Below, in pieces: positions 28,336 to 42,995 of a stretch of 64,000 bases of DNA. The stretch is from assembly GCA_963714345.1 (NCBI GenBank), contig CAVQOD010000002.1, forward strand, positions 215,822-279,821. Reading direction: 5' to 3'. The position numbers and the translations under genes were made by a program. The notes under the pieces are model-generated. The model did no database searches, had not been told where the DNA came from, and was given only the letters and a program-made list of their open reading frames with translations. Position 1 is the first letter of the stretch, and every line of letters begins with the position of its first letter. This stretch comes from an uncultured Alphaproteobacteria bacterium (lineage in GTDB: Bacteria; Pseudomonadota; Alphaproteobacteria; Rhizobiales; Xanthobacteraceae).

Positions 28336-29550
28336 TCAGGCCACCATGGCGATTTTCAGATTGGCGTCGACTTTGTCGAGGTAGCCGGTCGTGGTCAGCC
28401 ACTTCTGATCCGGTCCGACCAGCAAAGCGAGGTCCTTGGTCATGTCGCCCGCTTCCACGGTGTCGACGGTGACCTTCTCCAGGGTGGCTGCGAATTTCGC
28501 CAGCTCGGGATTGTTGTCGAGCTTGGCGCGGTGGGCGAGCCCGCGCGTCCAGGCAAAGATCGAGGCGATCGAATTGGTCGAGGTTTCGCGGCCCTTCTGG
28601 TACTCGCGATAGTGCCGCGTCACCGTGCCGTGGGCGGCCTCGGCTTCGACCACTTTGCCGTCCGGCGTGGTCAGCACCGAGGTCATCAGGCCGAGCGAGC
28701 CGTAGCCCTGCGCCACGGTATCGGACTGCACGTCGCCGTCGTAATTCTTGCAGGCCCAGACATAGCCGCCCGACCATTTCAGCGCCGCGGCGACCATGTC
28801 GTCGATCAGGCGGTGCTCGTAGGTGATCTTCTTCTCGGCGAACTTGTCCTTGAACTCGTTGTCGAAGATGTCCTGGAAAATATCCTTGAATCGCCCGTCA
28901 TAGACTTTGACGATGGTGTTCTTGGTCGACAGATAGAGCGGATAGCCGCGGTTGAGCGCGAAATTCATCGAGGCGCGGGCGAAATCGCTGATCGACTGGT
29001 CGAGATTGTACATCGCCATGGCGACGCCTGAGCCGGGGAAGGTAAACACCTCGCGCTTGATCTCGTTGCCGTCGTCGCCGACGAAGGTGAGGTAGAGCTT
29101 GCCTTTGCCGGGCACCTTGAAATCGGTGGCGCGATACTGGTCGCCATAGGCGTGGCGGCCGATGATGATCGGCTTGGTCCAGCCGGGCACTAGCCGCGGC
29201 ACGTTCTTGCAGATGATCGGCTCGCGGAAGATGACGCCGCCGAGAATGTTGCGGATGGTGCCGTTCGGCGAGCGGTACATCTCGTGCAGGTTGAATTCCT
29301 TCACCCGCGCTTCGTCCGGCGTGATGGTCGCGCATTTGACCGCGACGCCGACCTTCTTGGTGGCTTCGGCGGCGTCGATGGTGACCTGGTCGCGCGTCGC
29401 GTCGCGATGCTCCATGCCGAGATCGAAATACATCAGGTTGATGTCGAGATAGGGATAGATCAGCTTGTCCTTGATGTATTTCCAGATGATCCGGGTCATC
29501 TCGTCGCCGTCCATCTCGACGATGGGGTTGGTGACCTTGATTTTCGCCAT
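28336..29550 (-). CDS. icd: NADP-dependent isocitrate dehydrogenase, homodimeric eukaryote-like type (404 aa)
   Basis: [63 protein letters not shown]... Confidence 0.97.
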   Translation of the reverse strand: MAKIKVTNPIVEMDGDEMTRIIWKYIKDKLIYPYLDINLMYFDLGMEHRDATRDQVTIDAAEATKKVGVAVKCATITPDEARVKEFNLHEMYRSPNGTIRNILGGVIFREPIICKNVPRLVPGWTKPIIIGRHAYGDQYRATDFKVPGKGKLYLTFVGDDGNEIKREVFTFPGSGVAMAMYNLDQSISDFARASMNFALNRGYPLYLSTKNTIVKVYDGRFKDIFQDIFDNEFKDKFAEKKITYEHRLIDDMVAAALKWSGGYVWACKNYDGDVQSDTVAQGYGSLGLMTSVLTTPDGKVVEAEAAHGTVTRHYREYQKGRETSTNSIASIFAWTRGLAHRAKLDNNPELAKFAATLEKVTVDTVEAGDMTKDLALLVGPDQKWLTTTGYLDKVDANLKIAMVA

Positions 29551-29643
29551 GGAGCTTCGATCCGGTTGGAGCGCGGTCGGTTGCAGGTCTGGATTGGCAG
29601 TGATCGGGCGCGCGCTCGGATAACGCCACCCCGGCAGCCGATT

Positions 29644-29674
29644 CTATAGCATCGACTTTCTTGCCGCAAAAGCC
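29644..29674 (-). promoter_or_regulatory. Promoter-like bipartite motif GGCTTTTGC-N12-GATGCTATAG upstream of icd
   Basis: Minus strand: ggcttttgc ggcaagaaagtc gatgctatag. It contains CTTTTG-N17-CTATAG, resembling the alphaproteobacterial sigma-70 pattern CTTGAC-N17-CTATAT. Identical blocks at 32082..32112. Confidence 0.45.
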
Positions 29675-29701
29675 GCGTTCGCTTGTCGAACGCCCGTCGC
29701 G

Positions 29702-31925
<2,224 letters not shown>

Positions 31926-32081
31926 GCTTGCACCTCTGGTCGCCGTGCTTGTTTGGGCCGACCGGAAACTGAACATTGGCGGGCGCGGTGGAATGGTTTC
32001 TCCCGCGGGCCCTCAAATGAATTGTTCTCGGCGCGGACATCGCCAACCGGGAATTCGACTGACGGGAGTTCGGCGCGCGCC

Positions 32082-32112
32082 CTATAGCATCCGCACTCCG
32101 TTGGCAAAAGCC
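32082..32112 (-). promoter_or_regulatory. Promoter-like bipartite motif GGCTTTTGC-N12-GATGCTATAG upstream of the monomeric IDH gene
   Basis: Minus strand: ggcttttgc caacggagtgcg gatgctatag. Same two blocks and spacing as 29644..29674. Confidence 0.45.
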
Positions 32113-32256
32113 TTGTCAGCAGGTGCGAGATAACCGCCGAAATTCCCGGCGGCGGCGCCAGGTGCTTCGGCCGGATGGGGTGCCGCCGCTTGACGCAGGC
32201 GGCCGGCTTGGGCAGGGGCTGCGCGTTTGGGGCATTTGCCCGCCCAGGAGCACTCC

Positions 32257-33452
32257 ATGCCAGGCGCCGGCACCGACAAGACCAAGCGCTGGGTCGAGAC
32301 GCCCGGTCCGGTGGTCGATCCTGGTCGAGCCGCAGCTTGGCGAGAATATCGGCGCCGCCGCCCGCGCCATGGCCAATTTCGGCTTGTCGCGGCTGCGCCT
32401 GGTCAAGCCGCGGCAGCCGTGGCCGAACGACAAGGCGCGCATGATGGCGGCCGGGGCCGATCGCATCCTCGACCGGGCCGAGCTTTATGGCACGCTCGAA
32501 GACGCGATCGCGGACTGCGCCTTCGTTCTTGCCACCACCGCGCGCGCCCACGACCAGGCCAAGCCCGTCATCGGCCCGGCCGAGGCCGCGGCCGAAATGG
32601 CGCCGCGCATCGCGCGCCGGCGAGACCGTCGCCATCGTGTTCGGCCGCGAGCGCAATGGTCTTGAGAACGACGAAGTGGCGCTGGCCGACCGCATCGTCA
32701 CCTTGCCCGTCAATCCGGCTTTCGCCTCGCTCAATCTGGCGCAGGCCGTGGTGATCGTCGCCTATGAATGGTTCAAGCTTGCCGGCGGCGGCCTGCCGTT
32801 CGCCATGCCGCAGAAATCGGCAGCCGCGCCGAAACAGCAGCTCTTGGCGTTTTTTGCCTCGCTCGAGCGCGAGCTGGAAAAGGTCGAATTCTTTCGGCCG
32901 CCCGACAAGCGCGAAACCATGCAGATCAACCTGCGCAATATTTTCACCCGCATGCAGCCGACCCAGCAGGACATCCAGACACTGCACGGCGTCATCATGG
33001 CGATCGCCGAAGGCCGCAAAGGGCCGGCGCGCGGCGGCGTGCTCGACGGCGAACAAGCCGAGTTGCTGCGCGCGCTGCTCGCCGAGCACGGCGCCGGCCG
33101 CGTTCCCAAGGAGCGCGGGCCGGTCCGCGGCCTGGCGCGGCTCCTGCGCCGCAATCCGACCGAGGCCGAGCGGGCGCTGTGGCAGGCGCTGACCAACGAC
33201 CGGCGCTTTGCCGGCCGCGGCTTCAAGCGGCAGACCCCGGTCGGGCAGACGATCTGCGACTTCGTCTCGTTTCCGCTGCGCCTCGTCATCGATCTGGTCC
33301 CGGCGGACGAGAGCGCGGCGGCCGCGGCGGCGCGCGCGCAAAAGCGCGACTGGCTCGAAGCCCATGACTACAGCGTGGTCGGAATATTTGCCGGCGATGT
33401 CGAGTCTGATATGGCAGCGGCGCTCGAACGCATCGCTCAAGCGATCGGTTGA
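32257..33452 (+). pseudogene. trmJ: tRNA (cytidine/uridine-2'-O)-methyltransferase TrmJ-like (SpoU family) with a C-terminal DUF559-like extension; two apparent frameshifts (~32317, ~32618)
   Basis: MPGAGTDKTKRWVETPGPVV / ILVEPQLGENIGAAARAMANFGLSRLRLVKPRQPWPNDKA... / GETVAIVFGRERNGLENDEVALADRIVTLPVNPAFASLNLAQAVVIVAYEW... The same frame continues without a stop into LARLLRRNPTEAERALWQALTNDRRFAGRGFKRQTPVGQTICDFVSFPLRLVIDLVP...DWLEAHDYSVVGIF. RBS aggag before the ATG. Confidence 0.75.
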
Positions 33453-33547
33453 TCGATTGCCGGCGTGCGGGCGACCGCAGCCAAGGTACTGCACTACAAA
33501 AGGCGCTGCACGACAAAAGGCACTGCACCACGGAATTGCGAGCGAAA

Positions 33548-34132
33548 ATGCAATTGGCGAATTCAAAAGCGCGCTACGGCGCCGTTCCGCAAGCTCTGCA
33601 CTGGCTCACCGCGATCTTCGTCATTTGCGGCTTTCTGCTCGGCCAGTTCGGCGACGTGTTGCCGAAGGGGGCGCCGCGCGACTTCGGTCTTCTCGTGCAC
33701 ATGACGCTCGGCCAATGCGTGCTGGCGCTGGTGCTCGTCCGGCTGCTGTGGCGCAATGTCAATCCGCCGCCGCCGCCGGAGGCGACGCCGCTTGGCCGGC
33801 TGATCGAGCTTGCCGGCAAAGCAAGCCACTTCACGCTGTACGCTCTGCTGCTTGCGGTGCCGCTCCTTGGCATGGTCGTGCAACTCAAGCGCGGCAACGC
33901 ACTGCCGATTTTCGGATTCTGGCACGTCCAGTCGCCCTGGCCGGTCGACCGCAATCTGGCGCGCAGCATTCTGTCGCTGCACGGTACGCTCGCCGACGCG
34001 CTTCTGATTCTTGCCGCAGTCCATTCCGGCGCTGCGCTGGTGCATCACTGGGTGTGGCGCGACCGCACGCTGTCGCGGATGCTGCCGGGCGCGCGACTGG
34101 CGCCGCAACGGGCTACGCGCAGGGGCCGGTGA
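33548..34132 (+). CDS. Cytochrome b561 family protein
   Basis: MQLANSKARYGAVPQALHWLTAIFVICGFLLG...HMTLGQCVLALVLVRLLWR...SHFTLYALLLAVPLLG...LHGTLADALLILAAVHSGAALVHH (four TM segments with His ligands). Confidence 0.8.
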   Translation: MQLANSKARYGAVPQALHWLTAIFVICGFLLGQFGDVLPKGAPRDFGLLVHMTLGQCVLALVLVRLLWRNVNPPPPPEATPLGRLIELAGKASHFTLYALLLAVPLLGMVVQLKRGNALPIFGFWHVQSPWPVDRNLARSILSLHGTLADALLILAAVHSGAALVHHWVWRDRTLSRMLPGARLAPQRATRRGR

Positions 34133-34133
34133 G

Positions 34134-34919
34134 TTAGCTTTTGAGCACTTTGAGCGCCGCCGCCGCGCCGGCGCGCAGCATGGAAAGATCGCTGGACACC
34201 GCGAGGAATTTCACGCCGCGCTTGGCGAGCGCGGCGGCGCGTTCGGCGGAATGGCAATAGGCGCCCGGAATTTTCTTCGCCTTCTGCGCGCCGGCGATCA
34301 TGCGGTCGAGTTCGGCATCGACGTCCTTCGAAAGCGGGTCGACGTTTTTGCCGTTCGACAGCGCGATCGACAAATCCGACGGCCCGAGGAAGAAGCCGTC
34401 GATGCCCGGCGTCGCCATGATCGCATCGAAATTTTGCAGCGCCGTGCGCGTCTCGATCATGGCGAAGGTGACGATATGGTCGTTGGCCTCGCGCAGATAG
34501 GTTGCCATGTCCGATACGCCGCCGAGCGTCATCGCGCGATGCGGGCCCCAGCTGCGCTCGCCGACCGGCGGAAACTTGGCCGCGGCGGCAAAGGCCTTGG
34601 CGTCCGCCGGCGTATTGATCATCGGTGCGATGATGCCCTCGGCGCCGAAGTCGAGCGCCCGGCTGACCAGCGCAAAATCGCCGAGCGGAACCCGCACGAT
34701 CGGGGCGGCGCCGCCTTGGCGGACGGCGGCAATGCCGGCGAGGATGCCGGCGACGTCCCACAGGCCGTGCTGGCTTTCGATCGTCACCGCGGTAAATCCG
34801 TCGCGCGCCAGTGTTTCGGCGACGATCGGATAGGGCAGGCCGCACCAGCCGGAAAACACGGTCGCTCCGGCGTGCAGCGCTTTGGCGAGGGTGAAGGCGG
34901 GAATGGCCATGGTGGTCAA
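34134..34919 (-). CDS. HpcH/HpaI-family aldolase
   Basis: 261-aa ORF: ...GWCGLPYPIVAETLARDGFTAVTIESQHG...VRVPLGDFALVSRALDFGAEGIIAPMINT...FAMIETRTALQNFDAIMATPGIDGFFLGPSDLS... Confidence 0.85.
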   Translation of the reverse strand: MTTMAIPAFTLAKALHAGATVFSGWCGLPYPIVAETLARDGFTAVTIESQHGLWDVAGILAGIAAVRQGGAAPIVRVPLGDFALVSRALDFGAEGIIAPMINTPADAKAFAAAAKFPPVGERSWGPHRAMTLGGVSDMATYLREANDHIVTFAMIETRTALQNFDAIMATPGIDGFFLGPSDLSIALSNGKNVDPLSKDVDAELDRMIAGAQKAKKIPGAYCHSAERAAALAKRGVKFLAVSSDLSMLRAGAAAALKVLKS

Positions 34920-34972
34920 CTTTCCAATCGCTAACTTGTGATCGTTCGCGGTGCGGCGCTCGGGCGCCGCGG

Positions 34973-35294
34973 TTAACGGCCGGCTTGGACGTCGGCCACC
35001 GCTTTTGCCATCAAGTCATTTATGGTGCGGGCAATCTGGTGATCGGACTGCACGACGCCTTTGGCGTCGAAATCCTTGCGAATTTTACGCGGCGACGTCA
35101 TGCTCGCCGTCCTCGAAAGCGGCCATGACCACGGAGAGCGCGTAGCTGTCGGCATCGGCGCCGGAAAGTCCGAGTTTTTCCGCCGCCCATAGCCCGAGCA
35201 GCTTGTTGCGCCGCGCGGTCGCCTTGAACTTCAGTTCCTCGTCGTGCGCGAAGTGCTTTTCGAAGGCTTCTTCGCGCTTGTCGAATGTCGTCAT
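34973..35294 (-). pseudogene. ATPase inhibitor subunit zeta / DUF1476 protein; one apparent frameshift (~35095)
   Basis: MTTFDKREEAFEKHFAHDEELKFKATARRNKLLGLWAAEKLGLSGADADSYALSVVMAAFEDGEHDV (like the Paracoccus zeta subunit) continues in ORF 34973..35155 as RKIRKDFDAKGVVQSDHQIARTINDLMAKAVADV. Confidence 0.75.
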
Positions 35295-35604
35295 GTGCTT
35301 GCCTTGTGCGTTGGGCTTCGCCCGCGCGCGTGGAACACCGCAAATCGCCTGCCGCCTTGCATATCGAGGGTGTCCGGTCAAGGCAATCGCATTCGGCGGC
35401 GCACATTGACGTTGCGGTGGGGGCCGCGCGGGTCTATGCCGATTGTACTCCGCGTCACCTTCGGTTAGCTTTCGTGGCGCGGACGGGCCGCCGAATTGAG
35501 TCGCGCGCAGTAAATTGCCGGCCCTCGTCGCCGCCGCGGATCTCGACGTCCGAAAATGGAGCCACGGCATTCCCATGGATTTTACAAAACCCCGGTACAC
35601 TCCG

Positions 35605-36372
35605 ATGAGCCGCCGCCGCCGCATCTATGAAGGCAAGGCGAAGGTCCTTTATGAAGGGCCCGAGCCCGGAACGCTGATCCAGCATTTCAAGGACGATGCG
35701 ACCGCGTTTAATGCGAAAAAGCATGAGGTGATCGAAGGCAAGGGGGTCCTCAACAACCGGATCTCCGAATACGTCTTCCAGCACCTCAACGATATCGGCG
35801 TTCCGACCCACTTCATCCGCCGGCTCAACATGCGCGAGCAGTTGATCCGCGAAGTCGAGATCATTCCGCTCGAAGTCGTGGTGCGCAATATCGCCGCCGG
35901 CTCGCTGTCGCAGCGGCTCGGCATCGAAGAGGGCACGCAACTGCCGCGGTCGATCATCGAGTTCTACTATAAGAACGATCAGCTCAACGACCCGATGGTT
36001 TCGGAAGAGCACATCACGGCATTCGGCTGGGCGACGCCGCAGGAGATCGACGACATCATGTCGCTCGCGATCCGCGTCAACGATTTTTTGTCCGGGCTTT
36101 TCCTTGGCGTCGGCATCCGCCTGGTCGATTTCAAGATGGAAACCGGCCGGCTGTGGGAAAACGATCTGATGCGGATCGTCGTCGCCGACGAGATTTCCCC
36201 GGATTCCTGCCGGTTGTGGGACATCAAGTCGAACGAGAAGCTCGACAAGGATCGCTTCCGCCGCGATCTCGGCGGGCTGTTGGAGGCCTATACCGAGGTC
36301 GCCAAGCGGCTCGGCATTATGGGCGAGGGCGAGCGGCCGCAGGGCTCCGGGCCGATCCTGGTCAAGGGCTAA
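35605..36372 (+). CDS. purC: Phosphoribosylaminoimidazole-succinocarboxamide (SAICAR) synthase
   Basis: [40 protein letters not shown]...[17 protein letters not shown]... Confidence 0.95.
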   Translation: MSRRRRIYEGKAKVLYEGPEPGTLIQHFKDDATAFNAKKHEVIEGKGVLNNRISEYVFQHLNDIGVPTHFIRRLNMREQLIREVEIIPLEVVVRNIAAGSLSQRLGIEEGTQLPRSIIEFYYKNDQLNDPMVSEEHITAFGWATPQEIDDIMSLAIRVNDFLSGLFLGVGIRLVDFKMETGRLWENDLMRIVVADEISPDSCRLWDIKSNEKLDKDRFRRDLGGLLEAYTEVAKRLGIMGEGERPQGSGPILVKG

Positions 36373-36388
36373 GGCCGAGCTTTCGGCG

Positions 36389-37132
36389 ATGTCCCGCGAC
36401 GTCACCATCGGCCTGGTCGTTCCCTTTGCGACGGACGACGTCCCGTTCGAAGGTCCAATCATGTATCCCGGCGTGCGCTTTCTCCCGCGCGGGGTGGGCG
36501 TGCGCGCGCTCACGCCCGAGGGTTACGAGGCGGCCTGGAACGGCATTGTGCCGGCGGCCGAGTATCTGGCGCGGCAGGGCGTCGATGCCATCATGGTGAT
36601 CGGCACCTCGCTGACCTTCTACCGGGGGCCGGCGGCGCATGCGCAATTGCTCAAGGACCTGCGCGAGCGCACCGGGCTGCCGGTGAGCACCATGAGCCAG
36701 GCGCTGATCGATGGCTTGCGCGAGGTCGGCGCCAAGCGCGTCGCCGTCGCCACCGCCTATACCGACGTCGTCAATCGCCGGCTCAAGGAGCTTTTGCAGG
36801 CGGCAGGCATCGAAGTGCTGTCGCTCGAATGTTTCAATCTGCTCGAATTCAATGCGCCGCAAAAAATGAGCGAGGCCGAGATTATCTCGCTGAGCGATGC
36901 CGCCGTCGCCAAGGCGAATGCCGCCAAGCCGGAGGCCGCCGAAGCCATCCTGATCTCCTGCGGCGGCCTGCGTACGCTCGGCGTCGCCGAGCCGTTGGAG
37001 GCAAGCCACGGTATCCCGGTCGTGTCCTCCGCCACGGCGGCATTTTGGGCGGCGATGCGGTTGGTCGGCGACAGCGGCCATCTCGACGGCTACGGCAAGC
37101 TGTTCGAGCAATCCCGCCAGCCGGCCGACTAA
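36389..37132 (+). CDS. Arylmalonate decarboxylase-like protein (Asp/Glu racemase superfamily, single-Cys type)
   Basis: VIGTSLTFYRG (Gly/Thr where the first catalytic Cys would be) and ILISCGGLRTLG (second Cys retained). 247 aa between purC and purS. Confidence 0.65.
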   Translation: MSRDVTIGLVVPFATDDVPFEGPIMYPGVRFLPRGVGVRALTPEGYEAAWNGIVPAAEYLARQGVDAIMVIGTSLTFYRGPAAHAQLLKDLRERTGLPVSTMSQALIDGLREVGAKRVAVATAYTDVVNRRLKELLQAAGIEVLSLECFNLLEFNAPQKMSEAEIISLSDAAVAKANAAKPEAAEAILISCGGLRTLGVAEPLEASHGIPVVSSATAAFWAAMRLVGDSGHLDGYGKLFEQSRQPAD

Positions 37133-37182
37133 AGCGCAAAGCTTGGTTGCGGGCTTCGCGATTCCTACCTATTGGAATGGCC

Positions 37183-37425
37183 ATGAAAGCCCGCGTCACC
37201 GTCACGCTGAAATCCGGCATCCTCGATCCCCAAGGTAAGGCCATCGAGGGCGCGCTGAAATCGCTCGGCGTCGGCGGCGTCGCCAGCGTGCGCCAGGGCA
37301 AGGTGTTCGATATCGAGATCGAGGGCACCGACCGCACCGGAGCGGAAGCCGCGCTCAAGAGCGCGGCGGAGAAACTCCTCGCCAATACCGTGATCGAAAA
37401 TTACCGCATCGAGGTGACGGGATGA
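37183..37425 (+). CDS. purS: Phosphoribosylformylglycinamidine synthase subunit PurS
   Basis: [48 protein letters not shown]... In-frame ATG at 37177 is the alternative start. ATGA overlap with purQ. Confidence 0.9.
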   Translation: MKARVTVTLKSGILDPQGKAIEGALKSLGVGGVASVRQGKVFDIEIEGTDRTGAEAALKSAAEKLLANTVIENYRIEVTG

Positions 37426-38123
37426 AATCGGCCGTCGTCGTCTTCCCCGGCATCAATCGCGAGCGCGACATGGCGCGCGCGCTCAAGCTTATTTCCGGAC
37501 GCGAGCCGGCGATGGTGTGGCACGCCGACAGCGAGCTGCCGACCGGCACCGATCTCGTCGTCATTCCCGGCGGCTTTTCCTATGGCGATTATCTGCGCTG
37601 CGGCGCCATCGCGGCGCGCGCGCCGATCATGGACGCGGTGCGTGGCTTCGCTGCCAAAGGCGGGCTCGTGCTGGCGGTGTGCAACGGTTTTCAGATCGCC
37701 TGCGAGGCCGGGCTCCTGCCCGGCGTGCTGATGCGCAACGCGCAGCTGCGCTTCATCTGCCGCGACGTCTATCTGCGGGTCGAGCGCTCCGATACGCCGT
37801 TTACCCGCGGCTACAATGCCGGCCAGGTGATCCGCGTGCCGGTGGCGCACGGTGAGGGCAACTACATCGCCGACGGGCAGACCATTGCGCGGCTGGAAGG
37901 CGAGGGCAGGGTGGCCTTTCGCTATGCGTCGCCGGACGGCATGGTGGATCCGAACTGGAACCACAACGGCGCCATGAACGCCATTGCCGGCATCGTCAAC
38001 GAGCGTGGCAATGTGCTCGGCATGATGCCGCATCCGGAAAACCACGTCGAAGCCGCCATGGGCCGCACCGACGGCCGCGGCCTGTTCGCGGGACTTGTGG
38101 ATCACTTCAAGCTGGCGGCGTGA
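37422..38123 (+). CDS. purQ: Phosphoribosylformylglycinamidine synthase subunit PurQ (glutaminase)
   Basis: [21 protein letters not shown]...[18 protein letters not shown]...MMPHPEN. Confidence 0.95.
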   Translation: MKSAVVVFPGINRERDMARALKLISGREPAMVWHADSELPTGTDLVVIPGGFSYGDYLRCGAIAARAPIMDAVRGFAAKGGLVLAVCNGFQIACEAGLLPGVLMRNAQLRFICRDVYLRVERSDTPFTRGYNAGQVIRVPVAHGEGNYIADGQTIARLEGEGRVAFRYASPDGMVDPNWNHNGAMNAIAGIVNERGNVLGMMPHPENHVEAAMGRTDGRGLFAGLVDHFKLAA

Positions 38124-38151
38124 CTTCACGGCCTCCATATGGGAGAGGCAA

Positions 38152-40398
<2,247 letters not shown>

Positions 40399-40412
<14 letters not shown>

Positions 40413-41067
40413 CGCGGGCGAGCGCCTCGTAACAGGTGGGGGACAGGTCCGCGGCCTTGACCGCAAGGCAGTCGAGCACGGCGGGACCGATCGGCGGCAG
40501 GCCTGAGCATAATCTTTCCGCGTCGCCCTGGCAGATCGCCGATGATGATGATGCGCCGCCGCGGCAGCATCGCCGTAACACGAGTGGCTGAATCGGCAGG
40601 TGCGGCGGCGCCGCCGCGACTGCAGGAGGCGCGGCCGGCGCGGCTGCGGGCGGAGGCCGGGCCGTCAGCTTCGCCGCCGGTGCCGGCTTTGCGGCCTGCG
40701 GCTTGCTGGCAGGCCGGCGCTCGCGGGCGCCGATGGCGACCGGGAGCTGCCGGCGCCGAGGCGGCGGGAGCCGGCGGCGGGCGGGCGCTGCGGCGGTCGG
40801 CGGTGCAGCAGGCGGCGGCGTGATCGCGCTCACCGCCGTCTGGCACGATCCCGAAAGCTTGCCGAGGTTGCGCTTGAGGCATTCCAGCGCGTCCTTGCCG
40901 CCGGGCGTCACGCCCGAGCAGTTCGCCATGAAGTCGGAGCGGCAGGAGGCGCGGATCGCCGCGATCTGGTCCTGCGAAGGCTGCTGCGCGCGTGCGCCGG
41001 GCCCGGTGAGCAGCAGGAGCGCCGCGAGCGCTGAAATAGCCTTGGTGGCCGTTGCCGTAAAAGTCAT
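40399..41067 (-). CDS. Secreted protein with two cysteine-rich repeats flanking a Pro/Ala-rich spacer
   Basis: Signal peptide MTFTATATKAISALAALLLLTGPGARA. Repeats: CRSDFMANCSGVTPGGKDALECLKRNLGKLSGSC and CQGDAERLCSGLPPIGPAVLDCLAVKAADLSPTC. The integrity of the spacer frame cannot be judged. Confidence 0.6.
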
Positions 41068-41178
41068 CGTGGCCCCTGTTTACTCACATGCTTTTGCCAG
41101 AATGCAGTGACAATCCGGCTATGAATAGTGCAATGTTGCCGTCGTGCAATGTCGGGGCGCGCAAAGGTTTGACGTTCC

Positions 41179-41417
41179 ATGGCAATGGCCGCGAACGATA
41201 TCGAGCGTTTGATCCGGGCGCAGCATTCCCGGACGCCAAGGTGACGATCCAGGATCTCGCCGGTGACGGCGATCATTACAAGGCGACCGTCATTGCCGAG
41301 TCGTTCCGCGGCAAATCCCGCGTCCAGCAGCACCAGATCGTCTATGCGGCGCTGAAAGGCGAAATGGGCGGCAAGCTGCACGCTTTGGCGCTGCAGACCG
41401 GCATTCCGGAAGGGTGA
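41179..41417 (+). pseudogene. bolA: BolA family protein; one apparent frameshift (~41215)
   Basis: MAMAANDIERLIRA (ATG 41179) then AFPDAKVTIQDLAGDGDHYKATVIAESFRGKSRVQQHQIVYAALKGEMGGKLHALALQT in the frame of ORF 41088..41417. Confidence 0.8.
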
Positions 41418-41574
41418 AGGTTCGCGACGGTTCCGGTTTTCGGTTATTCCGGCATGACAGCGACCGGATGGGCTTTGCCTGCGTTTTGCGGTACATATAT
41501 TGCAAGGTAGAGGGCGAGATTCGGCGCTGGAGATAGTGCCCGTGGCGCCAGCGATGACCGCAAAGGGTGATTCC

Positions 41575-41916
41575 ATGTCCATCGAGCAATTCATCGACAA
41601 TCAGGTCAAGGCCAACGACGTCGTCCTGTTCATGAAGGGCACGCCGCAGTTCCCGATGTGCGGCTTCTCCGGCCAACTCGTGCAAATCCTCGACTATCTG
41701 GGGGTCGCCTATACCGGATTGAACGTGCTCGAGAACGACGATCTGCGCGGCGGCATCAAGTCGTACTCGAACTGGCCGACCATTCCGCAACTCTACGTCA
41801 AAGGCGAATTCGTCGGCGGCTGCGACATCGTGCGCGAAATGTTCCAGGCCGGCGAATTGCAGTCTTTGTTGAAGGACAAAGGCGTCGCCGTGAAGGAAAG
41901 CGCGCAAGCCTCCTAG
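41575..41916 (+). CDS. grxD: Grx4-family monothiol glutaredoxin
   Basis: MSIEQFIDNQVKANDVVLFMKGTPQFPMCGFSGQLVQIL...WPTIPQLYVKGEFVGGCDIV (CGFS motif). Confidence 0.93.
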   Translation: MSIEQFIDNQVKANDVVLFMKGTPQFPMCGFSGQLVQILDYLGVAYTGLNVLENDDLRGGIKSYSNWPTIPQLYVKGEFVGGCDIVREMFQAGELQSLLKDKGVAVKESAQAS

Positions 41917-42054
41917 AGCATGATCCGATCAAGTTTTGGATCATGATCTAGGTTTTACGTTGGAGCAGGATCTCGGAAAACCGGTTTCCACTTTTCCGGA
42001 TCATGCTAGTCATTCCGGGGCCGAGCGGCAGCGAGGAGCCGGAATCATAACCAC
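41916..42054. repeat. Cluster of family-B units (41916-42007) and a solo family-A unit (42009-42054)
   Basis: gagcatgatccgatcaagttttggatcatgatc ... gagcaggatctcggaaaaccggtttccacttttccggatcatgct, then gtcattccggggccgagcggcagcgaggagccggaatcataaccac. Confidence 0.75.
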
Positions 42055-42125
42055 GGTCACTGCAGAACGCGTACGTCGGCGGTGAGCAATTCCGGGATCG
42101 CCGTCTCACTGCGCTCGGAAATGGA

Positions 42126-42743
42126 TCAGCGCGAGTAATATTCGACCACGAGGTGCGGTTCCATCTGCACCGGGTAAGGCACATCGGTCATTGCCGGCAC
42201 GCGCGTGAGCTTTGCCGTCTGCTTCGAATGATCGACATCGATGTAGTCGGGCACGTCGCGTTCGCCGAGCGCATTGGCTTCGAGCACCAAAGCGAGCTGC
42301 TTCGACTTTTCCTTGACCTCGATCTCGTCGCCGATCTTCACGCGGTAGCTCGCCACGGTGACGCGCTTGCCGTTCACCTTGATATGGCCATGGCTGATGA
42401 ACTGCCGCGCGGCAAAAACCGTGGGCACGAATTTGGCGCGATAGATCATGGTGTCGAGCCGGCGCTCGAGGAGCGCAATCATGTGGGCGCCGGTGTCGCC
42501 CTTGAGACGGCGCGCCTCGTCATAGATGCCGTGGAAGTGCCGCTCCGACATATTGGCGTAGTAGCCCTTGAGCTTTTGCTTGGCGCGCAGTTGCACGCCG
42601 TAGTCGGACAGCTTGCCCTTGCGGCGCTGGCCGTGCTGGCCGGGTCCGTATTCGCGCTTGTTGATCGGTGATTTCGGCCGGCCCCAGATGTTCTGGCCCA
42701 TCCGCCGGTCGATCTTATACTTCGCCTCGTGGCGCTTGGTCAT
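42126..42743 (-). CDS. rpsD: 30S ribosomal protein S4
   Basis: [62 protein letters not shown]... (205 aa). Confidence 0.97.
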   Translation of the reverse strand: MTKRHEAKYKIDRRMGQNIWGRPKSPINKREYGPGQHGQRRKGKLSDYGVQLRAKQKLKGYYANMSERHFHGIYDEARRLKGDTGAHMIALLERRLDTMIYRAKFVPTVFAARQFISHGHIKVNGKRVTVASYRVKIGDEIEVKEKSKQLALVLEANALGERDVPDYIDVDHSKQTAKLTRVPAMTDVPYPVQMEPHLVVEYYSR

Positions 42744-42762
42744 TCGCGTCCTCGTGTTGTTT

Positions 42763-42811
42763 GGGCATGATCTAGTCCGAAAACCGGAAAGCCACTTTTC
42801 GGGATCATGCC
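42763..42811. repeat. Family-B repeat unit
   Basis: gggcatgatctagtccgaaaaccggaaagccacttttcgggatcatgcc with terminal inverted repeat gcatgatc/gatcatgc. Confidence 0.75.
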
Positions 42812-42995
42812 TTGCTGAGGATCGCGCCCTCCTCCTGTCCCGGCCTATAACCGGAACCGACAGGTTCGAAGCCGAAGCGCCGGCTTTAAACCGCGGGTCG
42901 CGAAACACCGCGCGGGCCGTTAAGGCCCGCGAAGTGCGCGGTTTCTAGGGGGAAAGCCGCCTGCTGTCAAACCTGAGGCGGCAGCGGTTCGGCCC

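Noticed and set aside
40480-40900. Possible internal frameshifts in the Pro/Ala/Arg-rich spacer of the Cys-repeat protein (40399..41067)
   Set aside because: The listed ORF is continuous and both Cys-repeat modules are in the same frame. The low-complexity spacer gives no way to test alternative frames from sequence alone.
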